NCBI GenBank assembly: GCA_963784355.1
Contig: CAWAQU010000012.1
Coordinates: forward strand, 32,001-96,000
Reading direction: 5' to 3'
Length of the DNA: 64,000 bases
Origin: an uncultured bacterium
GTDB lineage: Bacteria > Patescibacteriota > JACMRA01
Shown: piece by piece, positions 29,987-39,377 of the stretch
Position numbering within the stretch: the stretch's first letter is position 1
Layout: each line of letters opens with the position of its first letter
The notes under the pieces: model-generated
The model's input: the letters and a program-made list of their open reading frames with translations, nothing else
Told to the model about the DNA's origin: nothing
The model's database searches: none
Translations under genes and position numbers: made by a program

Positions 29987-30892
29987 ATGCCGGAATTACC
30001 TGAAGTTGAAAGTTTAAGGCGGAGTTTGGTCCCGTTTATTGTAGGTCAAAAAATTTTAGAAATCGACGTAAAATTACCTAAGCTCATCTCGGCAAAAGGT
30101 ACAACAAGACAAATTTCAGAGGAAAAAACGTCGTCTTTTATAGACGGATTAACAAATCAAAGAATTATAGATATAGATAGAAGGGCTAAAAACCTGATCT
30201 TTAAATTAGAAAATAAATCTATCTTGCTTGTTCACTTAAAAATGACCGGACAATTGGTCTACAAACCTAACATAGAAGATAAAACGAAGCTTATTTGGGG
30301 TGGTCATCCAATTAAGGATAGCGAGCAAAATTTACCACACAAACACACATATCTTACTTTTAAACTAGAGCAAGGCACTTTGTATTATAATGACGTCAGG
30401 CAATTCGGGTATTTACTTTTTTATCCAAATCAAGCAGAATTTAAGCAGGAAAATCACTTTAAGGATTTAGGTGTAGAGCCGTTTGATGAAGAGTTTACAT
30501 TTGAGTATTTTTTGCAGCATTTGTCTAAGAAAAGTGGACAACTAAAAAAAGTTTTTTTGGATCAGACTGTAGTGGTAGGGTTAGGTAATATTTATGTAGA
30601 TGAAGTATGTTTTGCGGCCGGAGTCATTCCTACAAGAATGGTAAAATCACTTGCAAAGGGCGAAATTAGAAAGCTTTATAATGCAATAAAATACATACTA
30701 CCAAAAGCGGTTGAGCTTGGTGGATCTTCTGTGGCTAATTATCTTCTTGCTGATGGTAGTAGAGGTAATTATGCCAATGAGCATAAAGTCTACAATAGGG
30801 GAGGGAAACCTTGTTTGGTGTGTGGTACGTTATTAGAAAAAGTCCAGTCTAGTGGTCGAACTACGGTATATTGCAAAGTGTGCCAGAAGTAA
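29987..30892 (+). CDS. mutM: Formamidopyrimidine-DNA glycosylase
   Basis: 'MPELPEVE', 'HLKMTG', 'GLGNIY', C-terminal zinc finger. Confidence 0.96.
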   Translation: MPELPEVESLRRSLVPFIVGQKILEIDVKLPKLISAKGTTRQISEEKTSSFIDGLTNQRIIDIDRRAKNLIFKLENKSILLVHLKMTGQLVYKPNIEDKTKLIWGGHPIKDSEQNLPHKHTYLTFKLEQGTLYYNDVRQFGYLLFYPNQAEFKQENHFKDLGVEPFDEEFTFEYFLQHLSKKSGQLKKVFLDQTVVVGLGNIYVDEVCFAAGVIPTRMVKSLAKGEIRKLYNAIKYILPKAVELGGSSVANYLLADGSRGNYANEHKVYNRGGKPCLVCGTLLEKVQSSGRTTVYCKVCQK

Positions 30893-30908
30893 AATGTATG
30901 GCTTATTA

Positions 30909-30970
30909 TATTATAGGAATTAATATTCAGGATATTAAGTATTATAGGAATTAATATTCAGGATATTAAG
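30909..30970. repeat. Perfect 31-bp tandem duplication
   Basis: TATTATAGGAATTAATATTCAGGATATTAAG at 30909-30939 and 30940-30970. Confidence 0.92.
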
Positions 30971-30994
30971 TTTTATTAAATTCGGATCGGTAGT

Positions 30995-32134
30995 TTAAAT
31001 CTTATACTCATCAATCAGATACATTTTTCCGGACTCTAGCGTGGTTAATCTATCCAAAGCTTTAGTTGTAGTTTGAGGCAGACCCAGCATGTTACCAAGA
31101 GTATTTTTTCCTCCTAAAATGCTATCAACAAAATTTGGTTCGGTTTTAATTTCAACTAGGCTATAATCACTGCCTAAATTCGCATTTGAGGCTGCCTTAT
31201 CTGCAGCTTTGCCAATATCTCCAAGTTCATCAATTAATCCCAAATTTTTAGCTTCATCATTAGGGTAGGTAAATCCTGTAGCAAAAGTTTTTACTTTATC
31301 CTTTGGAACTTTTCTGGCGGCCGAAACAATATTTAAAAATCTATCATAGCTCTTATCTACTTGAGCTTGAATATGGGCTACTTCATCAGGCGTCATGTCT
31401 CTAAAAGGGTTACCGATATCTTTATTTTGAGCTGATTTTATCACAGTTTGGCTGTAACCGATTTTTTCTGCAGTACCTTTAAAATTTGGGATTGAAATAT
31501 ATACTCCAATACTTCCGGTTTCGCCATAATTAGAACCAATTACATAGTTTTCAGTATTTTTATAACTAGCCCACAACCCTCCACTAGCAACCAATTGATC
31601 AAAATAAAACACAGCTTGTTTTTGGTTCTTATTTCTCAAAAGATCTGCAATCAAATCACCTAAAATCTCACTGGCATATTCCTCACCTCCGGGGGTATTA
31701 AATCTAAAAACTACATTCTTAATATTATTATCTTTCTTAATTTCTTCAAAATCTTTAGCAACTATATCAGTGTAAATCCCTAGATTGCGGCTGCTGTCAG
31801 GCAATCCTTTTCCTCCGGTAGTTATCATTCCCTGCAAGTCATAGACTAAGACGGTTTTATCGCTAGGTCCATTTTTAATATAGCTTGTTTGAAAACTTTT
31901 AGTATCCTCAGACTTTTTATTATTAAGTCCTGCCAAACCGAATATCAGGCCTATAACCAGTAAAATTGTAGCAATAGTCCAGATTAAACTCATTATAAAA
32001 CCCGGTAATGATAAGATAATATATGCCCAAAGAAAACCTCCTAATTTAGGATATAGCTCTACCTTCTGTTTTACATTTGGATTCGTTGGTTGGTATCTAT
32101 TGTAGATTCTGTCGTTTGGTATGTCATTATTCAT
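30995..32134 (-). CDS. sppA: Signal peptide peptidase SppA (S49)
   Basis: 'FNTPGG', 'VASGG', 'TGSIGV', 'GLIDELG'. Confidence 0.88.
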   Translation of the reverse strand: MNNDIPNDRIYNRYQPTNPNVKQKVELYPKLGGFLWAYIILSLPGFIMSLIWTIATILLVIGLIFGLAGLNNKKSEDTKSFQTSYIKNGPSDKTVLVYDLQGMITTGGKGLPDSSRNLGIYTDIVAKDFEEIKKDNNIKNVVFRFNTPGGEEYASEILGDLIADLLRNKNQKQAVFYFDQLVASGGLWASYKNTENYVIGSNYGETGSIGVYISIPNFKGTAEKIGYSQTVIKSAQNKDIGNPFRDMTPDEVAHIQAQVDKSYDRFLNIVSAARKVPKDKVKTFATGFTYPNDEAKNLGLIDELGDIGKAADKAASNANLGSDYSLVEIKTEPNFVDSILGGKNTLGNMLGLPQTTTKALDRLTTLESGKMYLIDEYKI

Positions 32135-32309
32135 AATTAGCTGTATTGAGGGTTGGTAGTAAAAGTACTTAAATTAGATTTGAAACTTATATAAACTTAA
32201 GCTTTTTATTGAGTTAAGACTAACAAGAGTTGTTAAAAATGTAATAAATAGACTGAGCAACTATCTTGAACAATTTTGATTAAAATTATTATAAAATATT
32301 TTGTTTATG

Positions 32310-32386
32310 TGGTGCAACTGGCAGGGATCGAACCTGCGACCTTCAGGACCGCAACCTGACGCTCTAATCCACTGAGCTACAGCTGC
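32310..32386 (-). tRNA. tRNA-Arg(GCG)
   Basis: Reverse complement GCAGCTGTAGCTCAGTGGATTAGAGCG-TCAGG-TTGCGGT-CCTGA-AGGTCGCAGGTTCGATCCCTGCCAGTTGCACCA. Confidence 0.95.
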
Positions 32387-32483
32387 ATTAAATGGGCAAT
32401 GCAATATACAAGCAAGTATTGCCCCGAATAATCATAATTGTCAAGTTGACATTACCGGAATATTCTCTCTAACTAAAGTTAAT

Positions 32484-33245
32484 ATGGCTAAAAGCTACGA
32501 AGACAATTTTTGGCAAACTATTTGGGAATTTTTACCTGGAATAATAAAATTTTTATCTGTAATTGGAATTGTACTTTCATTGTTCAACTACTTCAATTTA
32601 TCTGCGCTCCAACGAAACAATGCGTTGGTGGATAATGCAAAATATGATGTAAGTATTAGAAGAAGTTACAACCATATCGAAGGAAATGAGGCCAGTAAAG
32701 TGACTTTGGTTTATTTTGTGGATCATCAGTGTCCTTATTGTCGTACCAATCAAACTGTTATGACAGAAGTAAAATCTGAATATAAAGATAAAGCATTATT
32801 TGTATACAAGCACTTTCCTTTAGAATCTATTCATGTTTATGCAAAAACTGCAGCCAAAGCCGTACAAGCAGCTGGGAAACAAGGAAAATACACTGAATTT
32901 AGTGCAAAAGCTTTTGATTTGCAAGATGGAAATAAATTTACCGGGAATAATTTAGAAGCTATCGCCAAAGAGTTAAATTTGGATGTAGAAAAGTGGAATC
33001 AGGATCGTAATAGCAATCTTATAAGTCAGGAAATTGAGAACGATGTAAAAGATCTAAGAGATATAGAGTTACCTGCAAACTCTTCAGGAGTCTCAAAACC
33101 CGGTGGGCAATTAGCAAATAGCGCAAAAGAAGGTTTAGGTACACCATTTTCAATTTTATATAAAGATGGAAAAGTTATGGATTGGTGGTCAGGAGGTTTA
33201 GATAGTCAAGGAATTAAAGCTAGGTTGGATAAAGCTTTAGAGTAA
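32484..33245 (+). CDS. Membrane-anchored DsbA-family oxidoreductase
   Basis: 'DHQCPYC', 'YKHFPL', 'GTP'. Confidence 0.88.
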   Translation: MAKSYEDNFWQTIWEFLPGIIKFLSVIGIVLSLFNYFNLSALQRNNALVDNAKYDVSIRRSYNHIEGNEASKVTLVYFVDHQCPYCRTNQTVMTEVKSEYKDKALFVYKHFPLESIHVYAKTAAKAVQAAGKQGKYTEFSAKAFDLQDGNKFTGNNLEAIAKELNLDVEKWNQDRNSNLISQEIENDVKDLRDIELPANSSGVSKPGGQLANSAKEGLGTPFSILYKDGKVMDWWSGGLDSQGIKARLDKALE

Positions 33246-33255
33246 ATTTTTGATT

Positions 33256-33465
33256 ATGAATTTGGAGCAAAAACTACTTAGACTGCAAGAAATACAGCAA
33301 TTACTTGAGCAAAAGAAAGTTAGCTTGTCTGAAAGTATGCCTTTACTCGAAGAAGCCTTTAAATTAAAACAGGAAATTGAAGAGGAGCTGACCAAAATGG
33401 AAAATAAATTGCTTGAACTTACGGAAACAGATTCAAAGAAAAATAATATAAACGAAGAAAATTAA
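33256..33465 (+). CDS. xseB: Exodeoxyribonuclease VII small subunit
   Basis: 'LEQKLLRLQEIQQLLE...VSLSES...EEAFKL'. Confidence 0.8.
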   Translation: MNLEQKLLRLQEIQQLLEQKKVSLSESMPLLEEAFKLKQEIEEELTKMENKLLELTETDSKKNNINEEN

Positions 33466-33466
33466 C

Positions 33467-33784
33467 ATGTCATCACAAGCTTTACCTGCAAGTGCAGTAA
33501 AAAAAATAGCTCACCTTGCTAGATTGAGCCAAAATCCTACTGAGGAATTTTTAAATAAATATGGTGAAGATCTTGGGGCAATATTGAGCTATGTTGAAGA
33601 ATTAAAAGAAGTTGATACTTTTGGTGTAAGTGCTTTAAATAGTAGAATAATACAAATTAATGAATTACGAGAAGATGAATTTGCAGAAGATAATAGCATT
33701 TATCAAAAGGTGAGGCAAAACATTATAAATAATTTCCCAAATAAGCAAAATAATTTGCTGGTGATACCAAGTATTTTTGAATAA
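33467..33784 (+). CDS. gatC: Asp/Glu-tRNA amidotransferase subunit C
   Basis: 'VKKIAHLARL', 'ILSYVEELKEVDT', 'LRED'. Confidence 0.88.
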   Translation: MSSQALPASAVKKIAHLARLSQNPTEEFLNKYGEDLGAILSYVEELKEVDTFGVSALNSRIIQINELREDEFAEDNSIYQKVRQNIINNFPNKQNNLLVIPSIFE

Positions 33785-33786
33785 GC

Positions 33787-35565
33787 ATGAATCACTCAAT
33801 ACAAGAGGATCGAAAAACCTGGAAATATAGACTTTTAGAAGCATCAATAGGGCTATCATCCATAATTTTCATATCACTTGTGGTAAGTTTCTCTTTTTTT
33901 GAAAGTAGCAGAAATGTGGTATCCATTTTTTTGATTATCTATAGTTTTCTATGGGTCCTAAAATTAAGTTTAAATACCTCATATACAATTTATACCTATA
34001 ATCAAGTTAGGAGATGGGAAAAATTTAATTGGGTAGAGTTTTTCTCCTACTTCCCAAACAATACCTCTCAAGCAAAAGCCAAACTTCAAGAATTTGCAAA
34101 CAAATATAAAGATAAAATAGATTGGAAGTATAAGATTGAAAATGACATTGCTCTTTTAAATAAAATAGAAAATACCAAATTTCAAAATATCGGTGAGATT
34201 TACCATGTAAACATCTTTTCAGTTTATAATGAACCTGCGGAAATTCTAATTAGGTCTCTAGAGAAAATTTACCAGGCGGGTTATAATTTAGGTAAAATTG
34301 TAGTGTTTGTAAGTCAGGAGGCTAGAAACGGAGCAGAAAAAAATAGATTATTTAGAGAAAGAATAAGTAAGGAAAATTGGCTTAGTACAAATTACTTTGT
34401 AGAAACTGAGTTAGATATAGTGTATTCAAAAGAGCATTTTGTCTCATCAGAAAATCAAGAATTTTGGGCTAAATATAAAAATACTGAACTTGAAAAAATT
34501 GAGTTATTGGCTGATAAATTAAATATAATTTTTACGGAACATCCTGATGGATTGGTTGGTGAGGTAAAAGGAAAGGCAAGCAATGAGGATTGGGGTTCTA
34601 GGCAAGCTTCTTTATTTGTAAAAGCAAAACAGATTGATCCCGAGCTAGTTTTGGCTACTAGTTTAGATGCTGATTCTCACATAGATAAATACTTTTACCA
34701 CAACCTATCTTACAGATTTTGTTTAGAAGAGGATAGATTTAGAAGAGGATTCCAACCAGTGCATAGTTACTCCAACAATTTTTTTCAGACAGGTATTTGG
34801 TCTAGGCAAGTAGCGGCCCAAACCACGCTTCATAATATGAGTCAATTGGCACTTGAAGAAGAAGTCACTTTTTTTGCTATTTATAGTGTGCCTTTAGTAG
34901 TCTTACAACAAGTAGATTTTTGGGTCAGAGAAGTAATTGCCGAAGACTCGCTTTTATTTATAAAATGCCTTATTCATTTCAACGGAAACTTTAAAGTAGT
35001 ACCTTTCTACGGAGTCTTTGAAGGAGATGCAGTAGAAGCTGACGACTATTTTGAAACAATATATAATCAGTATAAGCAGCTTCAGAGATGGGCTTGGGGC
35101 GGTATTGAAGGATTTCCATATTTATTTAAAAGATTTTTTTGGGATAAAGAAAAGTCTGATATAGATATTAGAATTAGACTCAAGTGGGCTTTTCTGCTTT
35201 TCACTAATCATTTTTTTTGGTCCTCATCCCCAATTTTATTTTCTGCGGGTATAATCTTACCTCAACTTGCCGGTGGAGATTTGTTTAGATCAAAACCCAT
35301 TTCCCAAAATTTATCTTTATTTTCTCAGTACTTTGCCTGGGTTAGCTTTGCTTTCCTAGCAATTTTTACATACATTACTATATTTTACATTGGCCAAAAA
35401 GCTACGAAAAATATTGATGTCAAATGGTATCATTGGGCCTTAGTTATCCTGCAATGCCTTACTTCCCCCCTTATCTACTGTGTCATGGGTATTCCGGCAC
35501 TAGATGCTCAGATTAGAGGTATTTTTGGTAGATATCTAACCTATTTAGTTACACCGAAAAAATAA
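33787..35565 (+). CDS. Membrane GT2-family glycosyltransferase
   Basis: 'YNEP', 'GKASN', 'LDAD', 'IAED', 'QLQRWAWG'. Confidence 0.85.
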   Translation: MNHSIQEDRKTWKYRLLEASIGLSSIIFISLVVSFSFFESSRNVVSIFLIIYSFLWVLKLSLNTSYTIYTYNQVRRWEKFNWVEFFSYFPNNTSQAKAKLQEFANKYKDKIDWKYKIENDIALLNKIENTKFQNIGEIYHVNIFSVYNEPAEILIRSLEKIYQAGYNLGKIVVFVSQEARNGAEKNRLFRERISKENWLSTNYFVETELDIVYSKEHFVSSENQEFWAKYKNTELEKIELLADKLNIIFTEHPDGLVGEVKGKASNEDWGSRQASLFVKAKQIDPELVLATSLDADSHIDKYFYHNLSYRFCLEEDRFRRGFQPVHSYSNNFFQTGIWSRQVAAQTTLHNMSQLALEEEVTFFAIYSVPLVVLQQVDFWVREVIAEDSLLFIKCLIHFNGNFKVVPFYGVFEGDAVEADDYFETIYNQYKQLQRWAWGGIEGFPYLFKRFFWDKEKSDIDIRIRLKWAFLLFTNHFFWSSSPILFSAGIILPQLAGGDLFRSKPISQNLSLFSQYFAWVSFAFLAIFTYITIFYIGQKATKNIDVKWYHWALVILQCLTSPLIYCVMGIPALDAQIRGIFGRYLTYLVTPKK

Positions 35566-35583
35566 GAAAATAAATTTAAGAGT

Positions 35584-37086
35584 ATGAAAGTTAATCTGAA
35601 TTCTACAAAAAATGAATACGAGTCCAAATATCAACAAACACACAGAAAAACTTATTATTTACCTTATAAAAATGGGCTGAATAATTTAGATTTAGACATA
35701 TCAGATGGCTCCAACCAGAAATCTCAATCGGAAAAACCAAAAAAATGGGGAGGATATCTATTTTTACTTATTTTAGCACCGCTAATTTTATTAATTTTTT
35801 TATCAACGACAGTTTTAAACAACCAAAAACAATACAACCAATCAGTTCAAAGCTGTAAATCTCTACTTCAGGAAGCCAAGCAACAAGGTTTAAACATTGC
35901 AGACCTGAATTGTCCTGAGAATCAGATTAGTCTAACTTCTTTCACTAAAACAATTGACTACGAACCTTATTTTGAAAACCAAAAAGTATTAAAAGATCGT
36001 GAGAAAACAATACAAACTGAGATTGACATTGTAAATCAGAAGATAGCAAGTACTCAAAATCAATTGAAGTTACTTCAAGTAAATTATTCTGAGAAAATTA
36101 CCGAGCCCCAACCTAACAAAAATCTAGCAATTTATTTTGAAAATCAAAAACAGTATCTGGAAAACATCGGTATTTTACTAAATGAATCTAAAACAAAAAT
36201 CAATAACTCTATACAAATTTACTCAACCTTAATCAGTTACGGTGACAAATTGCAATTACAAAATCAACAACAATTTTTAAGTCAGTACACCAAATCAAGT
36301 GAGGATGAAAAAATTAAAGGATATCAAGAATTAATAAAAAAGATTGAAGAATTGCAAACGTTACTGGAAAAAAGTAATCCCACAGAGGAGGTAAAAGATC
36401 TGCTAAAATTTAAATTTTTCACTGGAGCGGCATTTAAGGATTTATATGAACAAATGGCGTACAAAAATGTTGCCCAAACCAGTCAGAATTTCAATATTAC
36501 CGGAGATGTTCAAGCAGACAAGCATATTGTTAATTTAGCTGAAAAAAGAGGCTACAAGAAGAGAAAACAAGCTTTTGAATCGGTTTTACAATCTGTTGAT
36601 GGTGAAAAGTTACAATCTGAGGCAAAACAAGCCTGGTTAGACATGAAAGCTGCTGCACTTAATGATGGGATTAAACTTGGTTTAGTCTCCGGCTATCGTT
36701 CGGTATCAGTCCAACAGGATTTATTTAAATCGCGGTTTGAAGAAGCCAGCAAAAAAGACAATAAACAACTGTACACTCCGGATGAAATAGTTCGAGGAGA
36801 TGCGGACGCTGTAATAGATAAAGTACTGCAAATGAGCTCGGTACCCAATTACTCCAGGCATCACACAGGATTTACTATTGATATAAAAGATGCTAATGAT
36901 AAAAATAGCTTCACCCAATTTAAAGATACTAAAGGGTATGAATGGATAATGAGAAATAATTATTTAAATGCTAAAAAATTCGGATTTATTCCAAGCTACC
37001 CGGCAGGTCAAAATAATGTTGGCCCGGAACCTGAGGAATGGGAATATGTTTGGGTCGGTAAAAATCTAGTAGAATTTAAGCAATAA
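35584..37086 (+). CDS. TM plus coiled coil plus M15B (VanY/LdcB-like) carboxypeptidase
   Basis: 'SGYRS...Q', 'SRHHTG..ID', 'NAKKFGF', 'EEWEY'. Confidence 0.82.
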   Translation: MKVNLNSTKNEYESKYQQTHRKTYYLPYKNGLNNLDLDISDGSNQKSQSEKPKKWGGYLFLLILAPLILLIFLSTTVLNNQKQYNQSVQSCKSLLQEAKQQGLNIADLNCPENQISLTSFTKTIDYEPYFENQKVLKDREKTIQTEIDIVNQKIASTQNQLKLLQVNYSEKITEPQPNKNLAIYFENQKQYLENIGILLNESKTKINNSIQIYSTLISYGDKLQLQNQQQFLSQYTKSSEDEKIKGYQELIKKIEELQTLLEKSNPTEEVKDLLKFKFFTGAAFKDLYEQMAYKNVAQTSQNFNITGDVQADKHIVNLAEKRGYKKRKQAFESVLQSVDGEKLQSEAKQAWLDMKAAALNDGIKLGLVSGYRSVSVQQDLFKSRFEEASKKDNKQLYTPDEIVRGDADAVIDKVLQMSSVPNYSRHHTGFTIDIKDANDKNSFTQFKDTKGYEWIMRNNYLNAKKFGFIPSYPAGQNNVGPEPEEWEYVWVGKNLVEFKQ

Positions 37087-37159
37087 TCTAGTCTGTATTG
37101 GCTATTAAAAACTACCCTGAAGTCAACTAAAAAAGCATTTATTTTAGCTCTTCAACCCA

Positions 37160-37193
37160 GTATTTTCCTAAAAATTGTATTTTCCTAAAAATT
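37160..37193. repeat. 17-bp tandem duplication upstream of a promoter
   Basis: GTATTTTCCTAAAAATT x2, followed by TGCTATAAT near 37217-37225. Confidence 0.85.
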
Positions 37194-37251
37194 TGCTAGC
37201 CAACATTATTTTTCTGTGCTATAATTCTATAAACAAAGATATAAAGCAGAC

Positions 37252-39189
37252 TTGATGACAGCAAATACTTACAGCGATGGATTTCCGTTAACACCTTTAG
37301 AGGCAATAGAGTTTTCATACTTTTTGTCTGAGGGTGAAAAACAGGAATGGAGGGAATGGCTTCAAACTGCTACTATTGAGCAACAAAATGAGCTTGTGGA
37401 TATTCTCCACTCAATGTGGCTTGATAACCAGAAGCAAACTGTTCCGACTGCTTTCAATCCAAATAATAATCAACAAACGCAACAACAACCCGGGCTTTCT
37501 CAAGCACCTCCTAGTAATGCTTTTAATGTCTTCCCTCAAACTGACAACGCAAATTTTAATCAAGGTTTTAATAATAATTTTCAAAATTTTAACCCTGGTA
37601 TAAATCCTACACCACCTGCACAAGATGGATTAAATCATTTTGATTTTAACAATCCTCAAGTTTTCCCAAGCTCTCAGCAATCTCAACAGTTTAATCCAAA
37701 TCAAGGTTTTAACCAAAGTTCGACTCCAACACTAAATCAAATTCCAAATCAGACCTCAATTTACCCGAACCAAGGTTTAAATAATCAGCTTCCAAATTTC
37801 AATTTTAATCCTAACAGTCCTGAGCTACAAAATTACTCAACCTCACAAACTATCCAAAATCCGGAATCTCATATAAACAATTCTCAATCTGGTTTTGCTC
37901 AACCTACCATACCTACTATTACAACTCCAACTAACGATTTTAATTTTGACAACTCCGGCACTTCATCTTTTTCAAATCAACAACAAAATGATAGCAGCAA
38001 TTTTGAAGATCACTTTTCCAATTTTAGTTTTGCTACCGACGACGTTCCCGATCAACCTCAGTTTGATGATAGTTTTCAAGCTCCCAATTTAAGTGTACCC
38101 CAGATTAGCGCTACAGGATCAAATCGTACGGGAAATACTTTTGGGGGTCCGTCTAATAAAACAACCACTTCAGCTAACTTAATTGATTTGGATGATTATG
38201 AAGATGAAGATGATGACGGTTACTCAAAAGATCAGCATCCACTTTCACAGCCCATTATGGACCATGTCGGAGATGATCAAGAGGAAGCCTTGAGAAAAAT
38301 GGCCAATACTAAGTATAGCCCTAATCCTCTTCTGGATGATGACACACCCGCATTGGAAGAATTTGTATATAAAAATGCAGATGCTGAAAAGCCCGACAGC
38401 ACAAGTAATAAAAATAAAAACAACCAGTCAAAAAATACTCAAAATAAAGGCAGAAACGATAGGGACAATCAAAATGACAAACCGGAAAAACAGAAACCTA
38501 ATGAGAATGTAAAAGAAGAGAAAAAGAAAGCATTTTTAAACGCTAGCCAGATTAAGCAATCCGGTACTAAAGATGCTTTGGAAGAACTTTACAAAACTTA
38601 TCAAGGCAGTAGAGAAAAAAGATCTAGCTCACTAAATGAATTTGAAGAAAAGCAATCTATATTCTTTGATAAAATGATGCAGATAATGCTCAATTTCGAA
38701 GATGTGGGTAATTATTACGAAGCATTGATTGAAAAAATAATCGAAGTAAATGATAAGGTAGTCGAGCAAGCGAAAGATATTCAAATATTGAAAAATAGTT
38801 CACAAAGTCGAGGTGGGGTAAGTTTACAAGATCAAATTGATGAACTTAATGATGAAATTGATAGGGTAAATAGAGATTTAAGAGTTGTTAGAGGGGATCA
38901 AAGAAAAAAATATGATGAGGTGAGCGGTCAATTAGCTGCTTTTGGTGCTGATGTTTACAGGCAAGATGGTGTAATGCAAAAACTTGATTTAATGAAAGCT
39001 GATATAATTCAATTACAGCAAAAACTTAATATAAATACCGATTTTAAGCCAAAACAAGGTAATAATCAGCCTAAGCAAAATCAACAAAAGAGGTCTAATC
39101 AAGATTTTAGAAACAAAAATAATAATCAAAGCCAAAGCCAAAATGAGCCATCAGACTTTTCAGAACTTAGTGATATTGAAGAATTTTAA
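37252..39189 (+). CDS. Hypothetical protein: small helical N-domain, N/Q/F/P-rich disordered region, C-terminal coiled coil
   Basis: 645-aa ORF with clear compositional segmentation. Confidence 0.75.
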   Translation: MMTANTYSDGFPLTPLEAIEFSYFLSEGEKQEWREWLQTATIEQQNELVDILHSMWLDNQKQTVPTAFNPNNNQQTQQQPGLSQAPPSNAFNVFPQTDNANFNQGFNNNFQNFNPGINPTPPAQDGLNHFDFNNPQVFPSSQQSQQFNPNQGFNQSSTPTLNQIPNQTSIYPNQGLNNQLPNFNFNPNSPELQNYSTSQTIQNPESHINNSQSGFAQPTIPTITTPTNDFNFDNSGTSSFSNQQQNDSSNFEDHFSNFSFATDDVPDQPQFDDSFQAPNLSVPQISATGSNRTGNTFGGPSNKTTTSANLIDLDDYEDEDDDGYSKDQHPLSQPIMDHVGDDQEEALRKMANTKYSPNPLLDDDTPALEEFVYKNADAEKPDSTSNKNKNNQSKNTQNKGRNDRDNQNDKPEKQKPNENVKEEKKKAFLNASQIKQSGTKDALEELYKTYQGSREKRSSSLNEFEEKQSIFFDKMMQIMLNFEDVGNYYEALIEKIIEVNDKVVEQAKDIQILKNSSQSRGGVSLQDQIDELNDEIDRVNRDLRVVRGDQRKKYDEVSGQLAAFGADVYRQDGVMQKLDLMKADIIQLQQKLNINTDFKPKQGNNQPKQNQQKRSNQDFRNKNNNQSQSQNEPSDFSELSDIEEF

Positions 39190-39226
39190 ATTGACAAAAT
39201 TTTCGGTACAGCTTAAAAAATAGTAA

Positions 39227-39373
39227 ATGCCAAATACTGATCTAAGTAAAGAACATGTTCTTGATAAATTTAGTATCATTTTATATGTAATAATGTTTTT
39301 TTGCATAATGGTATCAGTTATTTTTATTCTGGGCATCAGTATCAACCTTGTAAAAATGAATTTTAGATTTTAA
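39227..39373 (+). CDS. 48-aa single-TM microprotein directly upstream of mraY
   Basis: MPNTDLSKEHVLDKFSIILYVIMFFCIMVSVIFILGISINLVKMNFRF*; TTGACA at 39191; ends 4 nt before the mraY start. Confidence 0.6.
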   Translation: MPNTDLSKEHVLDKFSIILYVIMFFCIMVSVIFILGISINLVKMNFRF

Positions 39374-39377
39374 TATT

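Noticed and set aside
30909-30970. 31-bp repeat as a mini-CRISPR or a complete dif site
   Set aside because: Copies are contiguous with no spacer, no cas genes are present, and only one dif-like arm is seen
33256-33784. xseB and gatC without xseA or gatAB nearby
   Set aside because: Dispersed operons are expected in this kind of genome, and partners probably lie outside the window
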